From Hoeflea sp. (GTDB lineage Bacteria; Pseudomonadota; Alphaproteobacteria; Rhizobiales; Rhizobiaceae), in the NCBI GenBank assembly GCA_965228785.1, contig CBDDIF010000002.1, forward strand, positions 1,516,361 through 1,580,360: a stretch of DNA of 64,000 nucleotides, given 5' to 3'. Shown here in pieces: positions 54,767 to 64,000 of the stretch. A program made the position numbers and the translations under genes. Each line of letters opens with the position of its first letter. Within the stretch, counting starts at the first letter, position 1. The notes beneath the pieces were generated by a model. It saw only the letters and a program-made list of their open reading frames with translations. It had not been told where the DNA came from and ran no database searches.

Positions 54767-56290
54767 ATGTCAGCGCTGCTCACCATGACTGACATCGACA
54801 AGGCCTTTTCCGGTGTCCCTGCCCTGCGCGGCGCGACTTTGGACATCGGCGAAGGTGAAGTCCACGCGTTGATCGGCCAGAACGGCGCGGGCAAATCGAC
54901 GCTGATCAAGATCCTCACCGGTGTCTATCGCCGCGATCGCGGTGACATTCGCTTTGCTGGCAAAGACTCATCCATTTCCAGTCCGCGCGAAGCCCAGCAC
55001 AGCGGCATTGCCACCATCTATCAGGAGCTCAACCTGGTGCCGTTGCGCAGCGTGACCGAAAACGTCGTCATGGGCTATGAGCCGAAGCGGTTCGGTGGTC
55101 TCGTCGACTGGCGCAGAGCACATCGAAAGACACGCGATATCCTGGCGCGCTTCGGCATAGACATCGACGTCAAGGCTCCGCTCGGCAGCTATTCCACCGC
55201 CATCCAGCAACTCGTTGCAATCGCCCGGGCGGTTTCGCTGGAAGCCCGGTTGGTTATCATGGACGAGCCGACATCATCGCTCGATGACCGTGAGGTTGAA
55301 GTTCTTTTCGGCGTTGTGCGGGAGCTCAAGAATTCAGGCGTTTCGGTGCTCTACGTGTCGCATTTTCTCGATGAACTTTTTCGCATCTGCGATCGCGTCA
55401 CAACCATGCGGGATGGACAAACGGTATCGGTCAGAACCATCTCGGATTGCAGAAAGCTGAACCTCATAGCTGACATGCTCGGGCGAAATGTCGAGGAAAT
55501 CGAGGCCGCCGGCATGACCGACTTCGGTGGCACAAGCAATTCGAAGCCTGGAGAGATTTTGTTGGAGGCCGAAGCGATCGCGACCGACCGCCGGCTGTCG
55601 AAACTCGATCTCGAAGTTCGTCGTGGCGAGATTGTTGGACTGGGAGGCCTTCTCGGCTCAGGTCGCACGGAGGCGGCTCGGGCAGTATTCGGCGTCGATG
55701 CACTGAGCGCGGGCGAATTGCGACTGAAGGGAAAACCGTGGCATGCCGCAGGACCGGCCGACGCCATCCGCGAGCGCATTGGAATGCTTTCGGAAGATCG
55801 CAAATCCGAAGGCATCGTGCCCGATATGTCGGTTCGCGAAAATCTGACGCTTGCGCTGCTTCCGAAGCTGGCGAAACGCGGGCGCATCCAGCGCGGCCCG
55901 GAACGACAGCTTGTCGAGCATTTCATCAAGGCACTGGGTATCAAGACCGCTGACATGGATCAGCCGATCCGGGAATTGTCGGGCGGCAATCAACAGAAGG
56001 TGCTGCTGGCGAGATGGTTGGCGACAGAGCCGGACCTGCTCATCCTCGATGAGCCCACGCGCGGCGTGGATGTCGGCGCGAAACTCGAGATCCAGGCGAT
56101 TATCCGCGACTACGTTGAGAAGGGTTTCGGCGTCATTCTGATCAGCTCTGAGTTCGAGGAACTGGTTGAAGGGGCTGACCGGATCATTGTGCTGCAGGAC
56201 GGCTACTCTGTCGCCACCCTGCAGAATCCCGGCATCACTGAGGATGCCCTTGTGCGCGCCATTGCCCATCATCACTCGGAGGATGCGTGA
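54767..56290 (+). CDS. Sugar ABC transporter ATP-binding protein (RbsA-like, two NBDs)
   Basis: Walker A GQNGAGKST and second-domain signature LSGGNQQKVLLARWL. 507 aa. Confidence 0.9.
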   Translation: MSALLTMTDIDKAFSGVPALRGATLDIGEGEVHALIGQNGAGKSTLIKILTGVYRRDRGDIRFAGKDSSISSPREAQHSGIATIYQELNLVPLRSVTENVVMGYEPKRFGGLVDWRRAHRKTRDILARFGIDIDVKAPLGSYSTAIQQLVAIARAVSLEARLVIMDEPTSSLDDREVEVLFGVVRELKNSGVSVLYVSHFLDELFRICDRVTTMRDGQTVSVRTISDCRKLNLIADMLGRNVEEIEAAGMTDFGGTSNSKPGEILLEAEAIATDRRLSKLDLEVRRGEIVGLGGLLGSGRTEAARAVFGVDALSAGELRLKGKPWHAAGPADAIRERIGMLSEDRKSEGIVPDMSVRENLTLALLPKLAKRGRIQRGPERQLVEHFIKALGIKTADMDQPIRELSGGNQQKVLLARWLATEPDLLILDEPTRGVDVGAKLEIQAIIRDYVEKGFGVILISSEFEELVEGADRIIVLQDGYSVATLQNPGITEDALVRAIAHHHSEDA

Positions 56291-57291
56291 TGTCCGACAA
56301 TGCCATGCCGGAAACAGCACGCATGCGGCGGTCGCCTCATTCCTTGCGCGCGGGTTCGCTGCGAGACCATGGTGGGCTTATTGCGCTCGTTGTACTGATC
56401 GCGTTCAATATCCTGGTCACGCCGAACTTCCTTCAACTGCAGACGCTTTTCGTCAACATCAGCCAGGTGGCAACCATTGCTATCGTCGCCATCGGCATGA
56501 CGCTGGTGATCGCAACTGCCGGCATCGACCTCTCGGTCGGAGCCGTCATGGCGTTGGCCGGCGCACTGGCGCCGCTGATTTTCCTGTCGGATTTCGGAAC
56601 CGCTTATCCGGTCCTGGGGCTGATTGCAGCCTTTCTTCTGCCTCTGCTCGCCGCCTGTTTGTGCGGCCTGTTCAACGGGCTGATGATCAGCTTTCTCAAC
56701 GTCCAGCCGATCATTGCCACACTGATCCTGTTCATCTCGGGCCGCGGCATCGCCCAGGTGCTGACCAACGGCAATCTGCAAACCTTCTCGAACCCGGGTT
56801 TCAGCTATCTCGGGACCGGCCGAGTTCTCGGGTTGCCGTTCCAGGGCTGGCTTGCCATGGCCTTGGCGATCCTGGTGTGGTGGCTGGTTGCGCGCACCGT
56901 TTTCGGCCGCTACCTGCTGGCCGTCGGCGGCAACGAGCGAGCTGCCCTGCTCGCCGGCGCACCGGTGCGCCTGGTCAAGACGGGCGCCTATGTCATCTGC
57001 GCCTTCCTTTCCGGCATCGCCGGGCTGATCGTGGTGGCCATCAATTCAGCATCCGACGCCGGTCGCAACGGCAACCTCATGGAACTGGATGCCATCGCGG
57101 CGGCCGTGGTTGGCGGTGCTTTGCTGCAAGGCGGTCGCGCGCCGATTTTCGGGGCCGTACTTGGGGCCGTGATTATTCAGTTGGTCAAATACACGTTGCT
57201 AGCCAACGGCGTTGAAGACGAGGTCGCGCTGATCGCCAAGGCATCGATCATCGTCCTGGCCGTCTATGTGCAGCAGGCGCGGAAGGAATAG
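56287..57291 (+). CDS. Sugar ABC transporter permease (RbsC-like)
   Basis: 334-aa polytopic ORF. Its start overlaps the ATPase stop. ..GIDLSVGAVMALAGAL.. is typical of CUT2 permeases. Confidence 0.85.
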   Translation: MMSDNAMPETARMRRSPHSLRAGSLRDHGGLIALVVLIAFNILVTPNFLQLQTLFVNISQVATIAIVAIGMTLVIATAGIDLSVGAVMALAGALAPLIFLSDFGTAYPVLGLIAAFLLPLLAACLCGLFNGLMISFLNVQPIIATLILFISGRGIAQVLTNGNLQTFSNPGFSYLGTGRVLGLPFQGWLAMALAILVWWLVARTVFGRYLLAVGGNERAALLAGAPVRLVKTGAYVICAFLSGIAGLIVVAINSASDAGRNGNLMELDAIAAAVVGGALLQGGRAPIFGAVLGAVIIQLVKYTLLANGVEDEVALIAKASIIVLAVYVQQARKE

Positions 57292-57293
57292 GC

Positions 57294-58286
57294 ATGCTCG
57301 ACAATTCCGCGTTCGACCTGCGCAAATACCTGCGCAACAACGCCCAGACAAACGGCGTCTGGGTGGCCCTCGCTGCGCTGATTCTGTTCGGCCTGCTGCG
57401 CTACGAAAACTTCGGCAGCGCCTACAACATCGTGTCGTTTCTCAACTACAACTCGATGTTCATCATCATATCGATCGGCATGTGCTTCGTGATCATGACC
57501 GGCGGTATCGATCTGTCGGTCGGGTCGGTGGCTGCCTTTACATCGGTCGTCGCCGCCTATCTCAGCCCTTATGGCATCGAAGTGGCTCTGCCAGGCGGAG
57601 TACTGGCCGGTGTGGCTTTCGGCGCAATCAATGGCTTCTTCATTATCGCAATGCGCATCCCGCCCTTCATTGCAACCCTGGCGACCATGCTCGGAGCCAA
57701 GGGTGGCGCGTTGGTGATTTCCGGCGCGCAGACCATCTCGGTGGATTGGGGCAGCAATTTCACCAAGCTCGGCATGGAAAAAGCAATGGGGATTCTCCCC
57801 TGGTCGATCGTCATCGTGGTTATCGTGGCGGCGCTGCTCTGGGTCGTTTTGGAACAAACGTCGCTCGGTCGGACAGTCCTCGCCATCGGCGGCGGCGAGG
57901 ACGCATCCAACCTGATGGGCCTGAAAGTCAACCGGGCCAAAGCCTTTGTCTACCTGCTGAGCGGCGGTTGTGCCGGACTTGCCGGGGTTTTCCTGGCGTC
58001 GGGCTTTGGTGCCGGCCAGCCGCTGGAAGGCATCGGTTGGGAGCTGTCGGCCATTGCCTCGGTGGTTGTTGGCGGCACGCTGCTGACCGGTGGTCTGGGT
58101 TCGGTACCGGCCACTGTCGCCGGAGCGCTGCTGCTTGGACTGGTCTTCAATATTCTGAATTTCGAAAACGGGCGCGGCACAATCAGCCTAAGCGCCTATT
58201 GGCAAATGGTCATTCGCGGCGGTTTCCTCTTCGTGGTGATCCTGCTGCAGACCCGCATGAATTCCTCCCGTCTGAAATCGAGTTAA
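57294..58286 (+). CDS. Sugar ABC transporter permease (RbsC/YjfF-like)
   Basis: 330-aa polytopic ORF; ..[17 protein letters not shown]... Confidence 0.85.
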   Translation: MLDNSAFDLRKYLRNNAQTNGVWVALAALILFGLLRYENFGSAYNIVSFLNYNSMFIIISIGMCFVIMTGGIDLSVGSVAAFTSVVAAYLSPYGIEVALPGGVLAGVAFGAINGFFIIAMRIPPFIATLATMLGAKGGALVISGAQTISVDWGSNFTKLGMEKAMGILPWSIVIVVIVAALLWVVLEQTSLGRTVLAIGGGEDASNLMGLKVNRAKAFVYLLSGGCAGLAGVFLASGFGAGQPLEGIGWELSAIASVVVGGTLLTGGLGSVPATVAGALLLGLVFNILNFENGRGTISLSAYWQMVIRGGFLFVVILLQTRMNSSRLKSS

Positions 58287-58290
58287 GCCC

Positions 58291-59388
58291 ATGGTCAAGA
58301 TCGAACGCGTTGAAGCGCGCTACTTCGCTGTTCCCCTTGCGGAAGTTCTAAGTGATGCCATGCACGGCGACCACACGCATTTCGAATTGATCACCGCAAC
58401 CGTGACCCTGGAAGACGGGAGCGAAGGCACCGGGTACACCTATACCGGCGGACGTGGCGGCAGAGCGGTGGTCGCCATGATCCAGCACGACCTCGCGCCG
58501 TTTCTGGTCGGACGTGACGGGTCAGCCGTGGAACACCTGCATGATGCGATGCAAACCTATGTGCACTACGTGGCTCGCGGCGGCATCGCGTCCTTTGCGA
58601 TCTCGGCAATCGACATAGCGCTGTGGGACTTGCGCGGCAAACGAAGCGGCCAGCCGCTCTGGAGAATGGCCGGCGGAACGTCATCCCGGTGCAACGCCTA
58701 TCGCGGCGGCGTCGACCTGAACTTCCCGCTGGCCAAGCTGCTCGACAGCATTCGCCGCTACCTGGATCAAGGATTCAACGCCGTCAAGATCAAGGTTGGC
58801 CGCCCGGATCTCGCGGAAGACGTCGCGCGCCTCGCCGCCGTTCGCGAACTGATTGGCCCCGATGCCGCCTTGATGGCCGACGCCAACTACGGCATGACAG
58901 TCGACCAGGCGATCGCCGCCTGCCAGGCTTTCAAGCCCTTCGATCTCCTGTGGTTCGAGGAACCAATCATACCGGACGCCTACGCGGATTATGGCCACAT
59001 TGCCGACGCTACCGGCATGCCGATCGCCATGGGCGAAAATCTCCATACGATCCACGAATTCGAATACGCCTTCGAGCAATCGAAACTGGCCTACATCCAG
59101 CCGGACGCCTCGAATTGCGGAGGCATAACCGGCTGGTTGCGCGTGGCCGAACGATCGAGGGCCGCAGGCATCCCGGTTTGCAGCCACGGCATGCATGAAC
59201 TCCATGTGAGTCTCGTTTCCGCCCAGAGCAATGCCGGTTGGCTGGAGGTTCATTCCTTCCCTATCGACGAATACACGACCCGACCATTGCAGATCGAAGA
59301 CCACCTGGCGGTCGCACCAGACACAGCCGGTATCGGAGTGACTTTCGACTGGCACAAACTGGACTCGGCCAACGACCTCGCCGCGTAA
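58291..59388 (+). CDS. Enolase superfamily protein (mandelate racemase family), acid-sugar dehydratase-like
   Basis: ..KIKVGRP.. / LMADANYGM / [10 protein letters not shown] / IAMGENL / ..[12 protein letters not shown]... Paralogous in pattern to 37077-38180. Confidence 0.8.
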   Translation: MVKIERVEARYFAVPLAEVLSDAMHGDHTHFELITATVTLEDGSEGTGYTYTGGRGGRAVVAMIQHDLAPFLVGRDGSAVEHLHDAMQTYVHYVARGGIASFAISAIDIALWDLRGKRSGQPLWRMAGGTSSRCNAYRGGVDLNFPLAKLLDSIRRYLDQGFNAVKIKVGRPDLAEDVARLAAVRELIGPDAALMADANYGMTVDQAIAACQAFKPFDLLWFEEPIIPDAYADYGHIADATGMPIAMGENLHTIHEFEYAFEQSKLAYIQPDASNCGGITGWLRVAERSRAAGIPVCSHGMHELHVSLVSAQSNAGWLEVHSFPIDEYTTRPLQIEDHLAVAPDTAGIGVTFDWHKLDSANDLAA

Positions 59389-59406
59389 AACTTTCAGGAC
59401 CAAGAA

Positions 59407-60441
59407 ATGACCATATCAGCTGCCTACTATCGGGGCGACAAGCGCTTCACTGTGGAAACGATTGCGGCGCCCCAACCACCAGGCCCCGGAGAGGTGCAGA
59501 TCGACGTCGCCTTCTGCGGCATCTGCGGCACCGACCTGCACGTTTATCTTGGCCACATGGACCAGCGCGTCGGTTTCGAACGAGTGATCGGCCACGAGAT
59601 GTCGGGAACTGTCGGTGCTGTCGGCGATGGCGTCGCCGGCTTAACCCCTGGAGACCGCGTCGTGGTGCGGCCGCTCGACGCCTGCGGCGAATGCCCGGCC
59701 TGCAAGCGCGGCCATGCCCATATCTGCCAGAACCTGAAATTCCTCGGCCTCGATACAGACGGTGCTTTCCAGGAGAAATGGACCGTGCCGGCCCATACAG
59801 TGCACAAGCTGCCCGAGGGCATGCCTCTCGATCATGCCGCATTGATCGAGCCGGTTGCCGTGGCCTGCCATGACGTGCGCCGCGGCCGGGTCGAGGCCGG
59901 CGAGGATGTACTGGTCATCGGCGGCGGGCCTATCGGGATGTTGATAGCCATGGTGGCGGGCCATGCCGGCGCAAACGTAACCGTCTCCGAAATCAATCCA
60001 CACCGGTTGGCGGTGGCCCAAAAACTCGGATTCACAGCGATCAATCCAAAGGAGAGCGATGTCGCGGCGACCGTCCTCGAAGCTACCGGGAGCAAGGGTG
60101 CCGATGTCATCTTCGAAGTTTCAGGAACGCAACCCGGCGTCGACCTGATGACGGCGGCGGCCTCCACCCGCTGCCGGGTCGTCATGGTGGCGATCCACGC
60201 CAAGCGCGCCGAAGTCGACCTGTTCCAGTTCTTCTGGAAAGAGATCGAGATGATTGGTGCCCGCGTCTACGAGCCGGCTGATTATGATGAGGCCATCGAG
60301 CTGGTCGCCTCTGGCGCCATCGATGCCGAGACCATAATCACCGACATCCAGGGTCTGAACAGGATCGGTGAGGCCTTTGCAGAGCTAGCCGGGAATCCGC
60401 AGGCCATGAAAACTCTGATACGGTGCAACCCGGAGGCCTGA
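59407..60441 (+). CDS. Zinc-dependent alcohol/polyol dehydrogenase (MDR family)
   Basis: CGICGTDLH and GHEMSG zinc motifs, structural-zinc CGECPACKRGHAHIC, and Rossmann VLVIGGGPIG. Confidence 0.85.
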   Translation: MTISAAYYRGDKRFTVETIAAPQPPGPGEVQIDVAFCGICGTDLHVYLGHMDQRVGFERVIGHEMSGTVGAVGDGVAGLTPGDRVVVRPLDACGECPACKRGHAHICQNLKFLGLDTDGAFQEKWTVPAHTVHKLPEGMPLDHAALIEPVAVACHDVRRGRVEAGEDVLVIGGGPIGMLIAMVAGHAGANVTVSEINPHRLAVAQKLGFTAINPKESDVAATVLEATGSKGADVIFEVSGTQPGVDLMTAAASTRCRVVMVAIHAKRAEVDLFQFFWKEIEMIGARVYEPADYDEAIELVASGAIDAETIITDIQGLNRIGEAFAELAGNPQAMKTLIRCNPEA

Positions 60442-60443
60442 CC

Positions 60444-61214
60444 ATGAACGCATCCAAACTCTTCGATCTGTCCGGCAAAACCGCCCTGGTAACCGGTTGC
60501 AAGCGCGGCATCGGTAAAGGTATGGCCGTCGGGCTTGCAGAGGCGGGGGCCGATATTGTCGGGGTCAGCGCCAGTCTCGAGAAGCAGAGCAGTCTAGTTG
60601 GCAAAGAGGTCGAGGCATTGGGCCGCTCGTTCACCGCCTATCAATGCGACTTCGGCGACCGATCCTCTCTCAAGTCATTTATTGCCGAAGTGACTGAGGC
60701 ACATCCGACCATCGATATTCTGGTCAACAACGCCGGAACCATCCGGCGGGCACCGGCCGCGCAGCATCCGGATGAGGATTGGGATGCAGTCCTCGAGGTC
60801 AACCTGTCAGCCCAGTTCCTGCTATCGAAGGCGATCGGAGCCAAAATGATCGAGCGCGGAAGCGGCAAGATCATATTCACCGCGTCTGTGCTGAGCTTCC
60901 AGGGCGGCATCAACGTGCCCGGTTATTCAGCAAGCAAGGGCGGGATCGCGCAATTGACCATGGCGCTGGCCAACGAGTGGGCCGGCAAGGGCGTCAACGT
61001 CAACGCCATAGCACCCGGCTATATCGGCACCGACAACACGGAGGCACTGCGCAACGACAGCACGAGATATGAGGCGATCCTGGAGCGCATTCCGGCCGGC
61101 CGTTGGGGTGATCCTGAGGATTTGGCCGGACCCGTGGTGTTCCTGGCCTCATCCGCCGCTGACTACGTTAACGGCACGATTCTCACTGTCGACGGCGGTT
61201 GGATGGGACGATAG
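60444..61214 (+). CDS. SDR family oxidoreductase (KduD / 2-deoxy-D-gluconate 3-dehydrogenase-like)
   Basis: TALVTGCKRGIGKG cofactor motif and YSASKGGI catalytic motif. ATG at 60444, 3 nt after the ADH stop. Confidence 0.8.
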   Translation: MNASKLFDLSGKTALVTGCKRGIGKGMAVGLAEAGADIVGVSASLEKQSSLVGKEVEALGRSFTAYQCDFGDRSSLKSFIAEVTEAHPTIDILVNNAGTIRRAPAAQHPDEDWDAVLEVNLSAQFLLSKAIGAKMIERGSGKIIFTASVLSFQGGINVPGYSASKGGIAQLTMALANEWAGKGVNVNAIAPGYIGTDNTEALRNDSTRYEAILERIPAGRWGDPEDLAGPVVFLASSAADYVNGTILTVDGGWMGR

Positions 61215-61342
61215 CTCACACTGATCGTCTCGCTTTTTCATCGATCAAAACCTTCTGAACGGCCCGGCTCTTGATATTCAACGGCTCCCGGTGCACTGAT
61301 GGCGTCGGCCACACTGGCGCCTAATCAACACAGGTTTTTTCC

Positions 61343-62512
61343 ATGCATCCGACGCATAACCGCATCGCAGATATCGTTCCCGAAGTCAGGGAGTGGCGAC
61401 ACTGGCTGCACCAAAACCCGGAACTGCTCTACGACCTGCCGAAGACGACCGCCTTCATCGCCGATCGTTTGCGGGAGATCGGCGTGGACGAGTTGCATGA
61501 GAACATCGGACGCTGCGGAATGGTTGCGGTTATCCGCGGCGATGGCGAAGGCCCGGCAATTGGCCTGCGGGCCGACATGGATGCCCTTCCGATCCACGAG
61601 CGCACACCGTCGGACCATGCGTCGCGCACGCCGGGTGTCATGCATGCCTGCGGCCATGACGGCCATAGCGCCATGCTTCTGGGAGCGGCAAGATATCTGA
61701 CGGAGAACCGGGACTTCGCCGGTACCGCGGTGCTGATCTTCCAGCCGGCTGAAGAAGGTGGCAACGGTGCAGTGACAATGATCGAAGACGGTCTCTTCGA
61801 CCGGTTTGACGTCAAGGAAGTCTACGGCATGCACAACATGCCGACCTTGCCAGTCGGAGAATTCGGCACTGCCGTCGGTCCGGTGCTTGGCGCTACCGAC
61901 TTCTTCTACGTCGATATCGAGGGTCGCGGTGGCCACGCTTCGACACCGCATATGTGCACCGATCCGCTCGCTGCCGCCAATGCCATCTATACCGCCTTCC
62001 AGACCATCATCTCGCGCGATGCGAACCCCATTCGCAACGGTTTGATTTCCGTCACCGCCATCCAATCGGGCGAAGCCAACAACGTGATTCCCCAGACGGC
62101 GCTGATGAAGGGCACCGTGCGCAACCTTTATGAGGATACGCGCGACATGATCGAGCATCGCATGCGCGAGATTGTTGATGGTGTTGCGAAGACCCACGGT
62201 GTGCGGGCCGAACTCACCTATGACAGACTGTGCCCGGTGACCGTCAATCATGAAACCGAGGCCGAGTATCTCGCCGACGCCGCGGCCTCCATCGTCGGGG
62301 CCGAGAAGGTCGACCGCCATCAGCCACCGCGGCTTGGTGGCGAGGACTTCTCCTACATGTTGCAAGCCAAACCAGGCGCTCTCATTTTCGTTGGCAACGG
62401 CAATACGGCCAACCTGCATCACCCCGAATACGACTTCAATGACGAGGCCCTGCCCTACGGCATTGCGCTATGGACACGCATCGTCGAAGAACGGCTGCCG
62501 CAGAACGGCTGA
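61343..62512 (+). CDS. M20 family amidohydrolase (N-acyl-amino-acid amidohydrolase / hippurate hydrolase-like)
   Basis: ..WRHWLHQNPELLYDL.., MHACGHDGH and FQPAEEGGNGA are motifs of the M20D subfamily. Confidence 0.85.
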   Translation: MHPTHNRIADIVPEVREWRHWLHQNPELLYDLPKTTAFIADRLREIGVDELHENIGRCGMVAVIRGDGEGPAIGLRADMDALPIHERTPSDHASRTPGVMHACGHDGHSAMLLGAARYLTENRDFAGTAVLIFQPAEEGGNGAVTMIEDGLFDRFDVKEVYGMHNMPTLPVGEFGTAVGPVLGATDFFYVDIEGRGGHASTPHMCTDPLAAANAIYTAFQTIISRDANPIRNGLISVTAIQSGEANNVIPQTALMKGTVRNLYEDTRDMIEHRMREIVDGVAKTHGVRAELTYDRLCPVTVNHETEAEYLADAAASIVGAEKVDRHQPPRLGGEDFSYMLQAKPGALIFVGNGNTANLHHPEYDFNDEALPYGIALWTRIVEERLPQNG

Positions 62513-62602
62513 CCGCATATCTGACATCGCTATTGGCATGCCTTGCCTGAGCATTGAAGGCCGCTATAGTGCCGGCCGAATGCGGCTGCGTGGAGATCAT
62601 CG

Positions 62603-63835
62603 ATGGGACCCATCCTCGAAGTTTCGGACCTGAAGAAGTTGGCGCGCCACCGCGTGCCCAAGATGTTTTTCGACTATGCGGATTCAGGTTCGTGGACCGA
62701 GAGTACCTATGACGCCAACGAGGCCGACTACCACGATATAAAGTTGCGTCAGCGCATCGCCGTAGACATGACCAACCGGTCGCTTTCGAGCCAGATGATC
62801 GGTCAGGACGTGTCCATGCCGCTGGCCCTTTCCCCTATCGGGCTGTGCGGCATGCAGCACGCTGACGGCGAAATCCTTGCAGCCCAGGCGGCCGAGGAAT
62901 TCGGCGTTCCGTTCACACTTTCGACCATGAGCATCTGCTCGATCGAGGATGTTGCCGAGAACACGACTAAGCCGTTCTGGTTCCAGCTTTACGTGATGCG
63001 CGATCGCGATTTCGTGCGCAACCTGCTTGACCGGGCTCGCACCGCCGGCTGCTCGGCCCTGGTTCTGACCATGGATCTGCAAATCCTCGGCCAGCGGCAT
63101 AAGGATCTGCGCAACGGTCTCAGCGCACCGCCGAAATTCACGCCCAAGCATGTCTGGCAGATGGCGACCTCGCCGTTCTGGTGCCTTGATATGGCGCGCA
63201 CCAAACGCCGCACCTTCCGCAACATCGTCGGCCATGCAAAGGGCGTCTCCGACCTCTCCTCCCTCGGTTCGTGGACGGCCGAGCAGTTCGATCCGGAACT
63301 CTCCTGGGACGATATCGGGTGGATCAAGGACTATTGGGGCGGACCCCTGATCATCAAGGGCATTCTCGATGTCGAGGATGCCCGCAAGTCGCTCGACTAT
63401 GGCGCCGACGCGATCATCGTTTCCAACCACGGCGGACGGCAGCTCGACGGCGCGCCGTCGTCCATCCGCGCCCTACCCGACATTGTCGACGCGGTCGGAG
63501 ACAAGGTCGAGGTCCATGTCGATGGCGGCATCCGCTCGGGTCAGGATATTCTCAAGGCCCTGTGCCTTGGCGCCAAGGGCACCTATGTCGGACGTCCCTT
63601 TGTTTATGGGCTCGGCGCCATGGGCAAAGCGGGCGTCACCAAGATGCTCGAGATCGTTCGTGCCGAACTGGACACCACCATGGCGCTCTGCGGCCGACGC
63701 AACGTCGCCGATCTCGACCGCTCCAACCTCTACTCGGTTTTTGGGGAAAAGATGCCCATTCCCGCCGAGACGAAGCCGCGCCGCAAATCAACGCAAAAAC
63801 GGACGAGCTCTGTGAAAACCAAGGCAAAGGCCTGA
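62603..63835 (+). CDS. FMN-dependent alpha-hydroxy-acid dehydrogenase (L-lactate dehydrogenase LldD-like) with basic C-terminal tail
   Basis: ..FDYADSGSWTE.., ..ALVLTMDLQILGQRHKD.. and ..IIVSNHGGRQLDG.. FMN-dehydrogenase motifs. The tail is ..KPRRKSTQKRTSSVKTKAKA. Confidence 0.85.
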   Translation: MGPILEVSDLKKLARHRVPKMFFDYADSGSWTESTYDANEADYHDIKLRQRIAVDMTNRSLSSQMIGQDVSMPLALSPIGLCGMQHADGEILAAQAAEEFGVPFTLSTMSICSIEDVAENTTKPFWFQLYVMRDRDFVRNLLDRARTAGCSALVLTMDLQILGQRHKDLRNGLSAPPKFTPKHVWQMATSPFWCLDMARTKRRTFRNIVGHAKGVSDLSSLGSWTAEQFDPELSWDDIGWIKDYWGGPLIIKGILDVEDARKSLDYGADAIIVSNHGGRQLDGAPSSIRALPDIVDAVGDKVEVHVDGGIRSGQDILKALCLGAKGTYVGRPFVYGLGAMGKAGVTKMLEIVRAELDTTMALCGRRNVADLDRSNLYSVFGEKMPIPAETKPRRKSTQKRTSSVKTKAKA

Positions 63836-63959
63836 AGCTCATCCGGTCGCCATGCATTGAATAGCCGCCATTTGTCGTCGGTCCGGGGGTTCGCAGCACC
63901 TCATAATAATATCGATTTTTTCTCTCATTTGGATTATAATCTACATGGGAGGATATATT

Positions 63960-64000
63960 ATGAAATTATCGATACCAATTTTGGCCGCCACCGCCTTTGT
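63960..64000 (+). CDS. Start of an exported protein (signal-peptide-like MKLSIPILAATAF..), truncated by the window edge
   Basis: ATG at 63960 preceded by GGGAGGA in an AT-rich leader. Only 13 codons are visible. Confidence 0.35.
   Translation, partial: MKLSIPILAATAF

Overview
This is a high-GC, densely coding segment. Gene content suggests an alphaproteobacterium, probably Rhizobiales-like, but that is an inference. All family calls come from motifs read in the supplied translations; no database search was possible.

Most of the window is solute transport and sugar-acid or organic-acid catabolism with local regulators:
- 1-4245: TRAP transporter, M20 deacetylase and a LysR regulator.
- 4398-11370: a translationally coupled pseudaminic-acid operon (pseB-C-F-I-H), followed by a TPR/GT9-like glycosyltransferase.
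- 16810-28372: two peptide-type (Dpp/Opp-like) ABC systems.
- 28660-31764: AraC regulator, cupin and flavin monooxygenase.
- 31774-42448: a large deoxy-sugar/sugar-acid cluster (lactonase, SDR, split UxaA dehydratase, two enolase-superfamily genes, RraA-like protein, rhamnose mutarotase, CUT1 ABC transporter).
- 42465-47025: CoA-transferase, signal-less SBP-like protein, two MaoC hotdog genes and a Gfo/Idh/MocA oxidoreductase.
- 47245-53378: secreted protein, class III cyclase, IclR, two GntR regulators and a GMC oxidoreductase.
- 53713-61214: a ribose-type ABC system plus enolase, ADH and SDR.
- 61343-63835: an M20 amidohydrolase and an FMN alpha-hydroxy-acid dehydrogenase.

The stand-out region is 11442-14997. 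The only long ORF-free gap in the window (12693-20 nt before 13521) holds five consecutive stem-closed structured RNA modules on the + strand.
- Two modules carry complete but circularly permuted tRNA-like domains: T arm, then acceptor stem, then D arm.
- All five share one closing-helix and internal-loop signature.
- They sit immediately upstream of a TROVE+vWA Ro60 ortholog (rsr). Its stop is overlapped by a small HTH gene.
- Promoter-like elements overlapping GTTGC-N5-GCAAC palindromes precede each small+large RNA pair.
- A signal-peptide-less S8 subtilase is transcribed divergently.

I read this as an Rsr/Y-RNA (YrlA-type) ribonucleoprotein locus with an unusually expanded, tandemly duplicated Y-RNA array and a non-canonical gene context: no rtcB, rtcA or rtcR. 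No CRISPR array, rRNA, canonical tRNA, integrase or transposase was seen.
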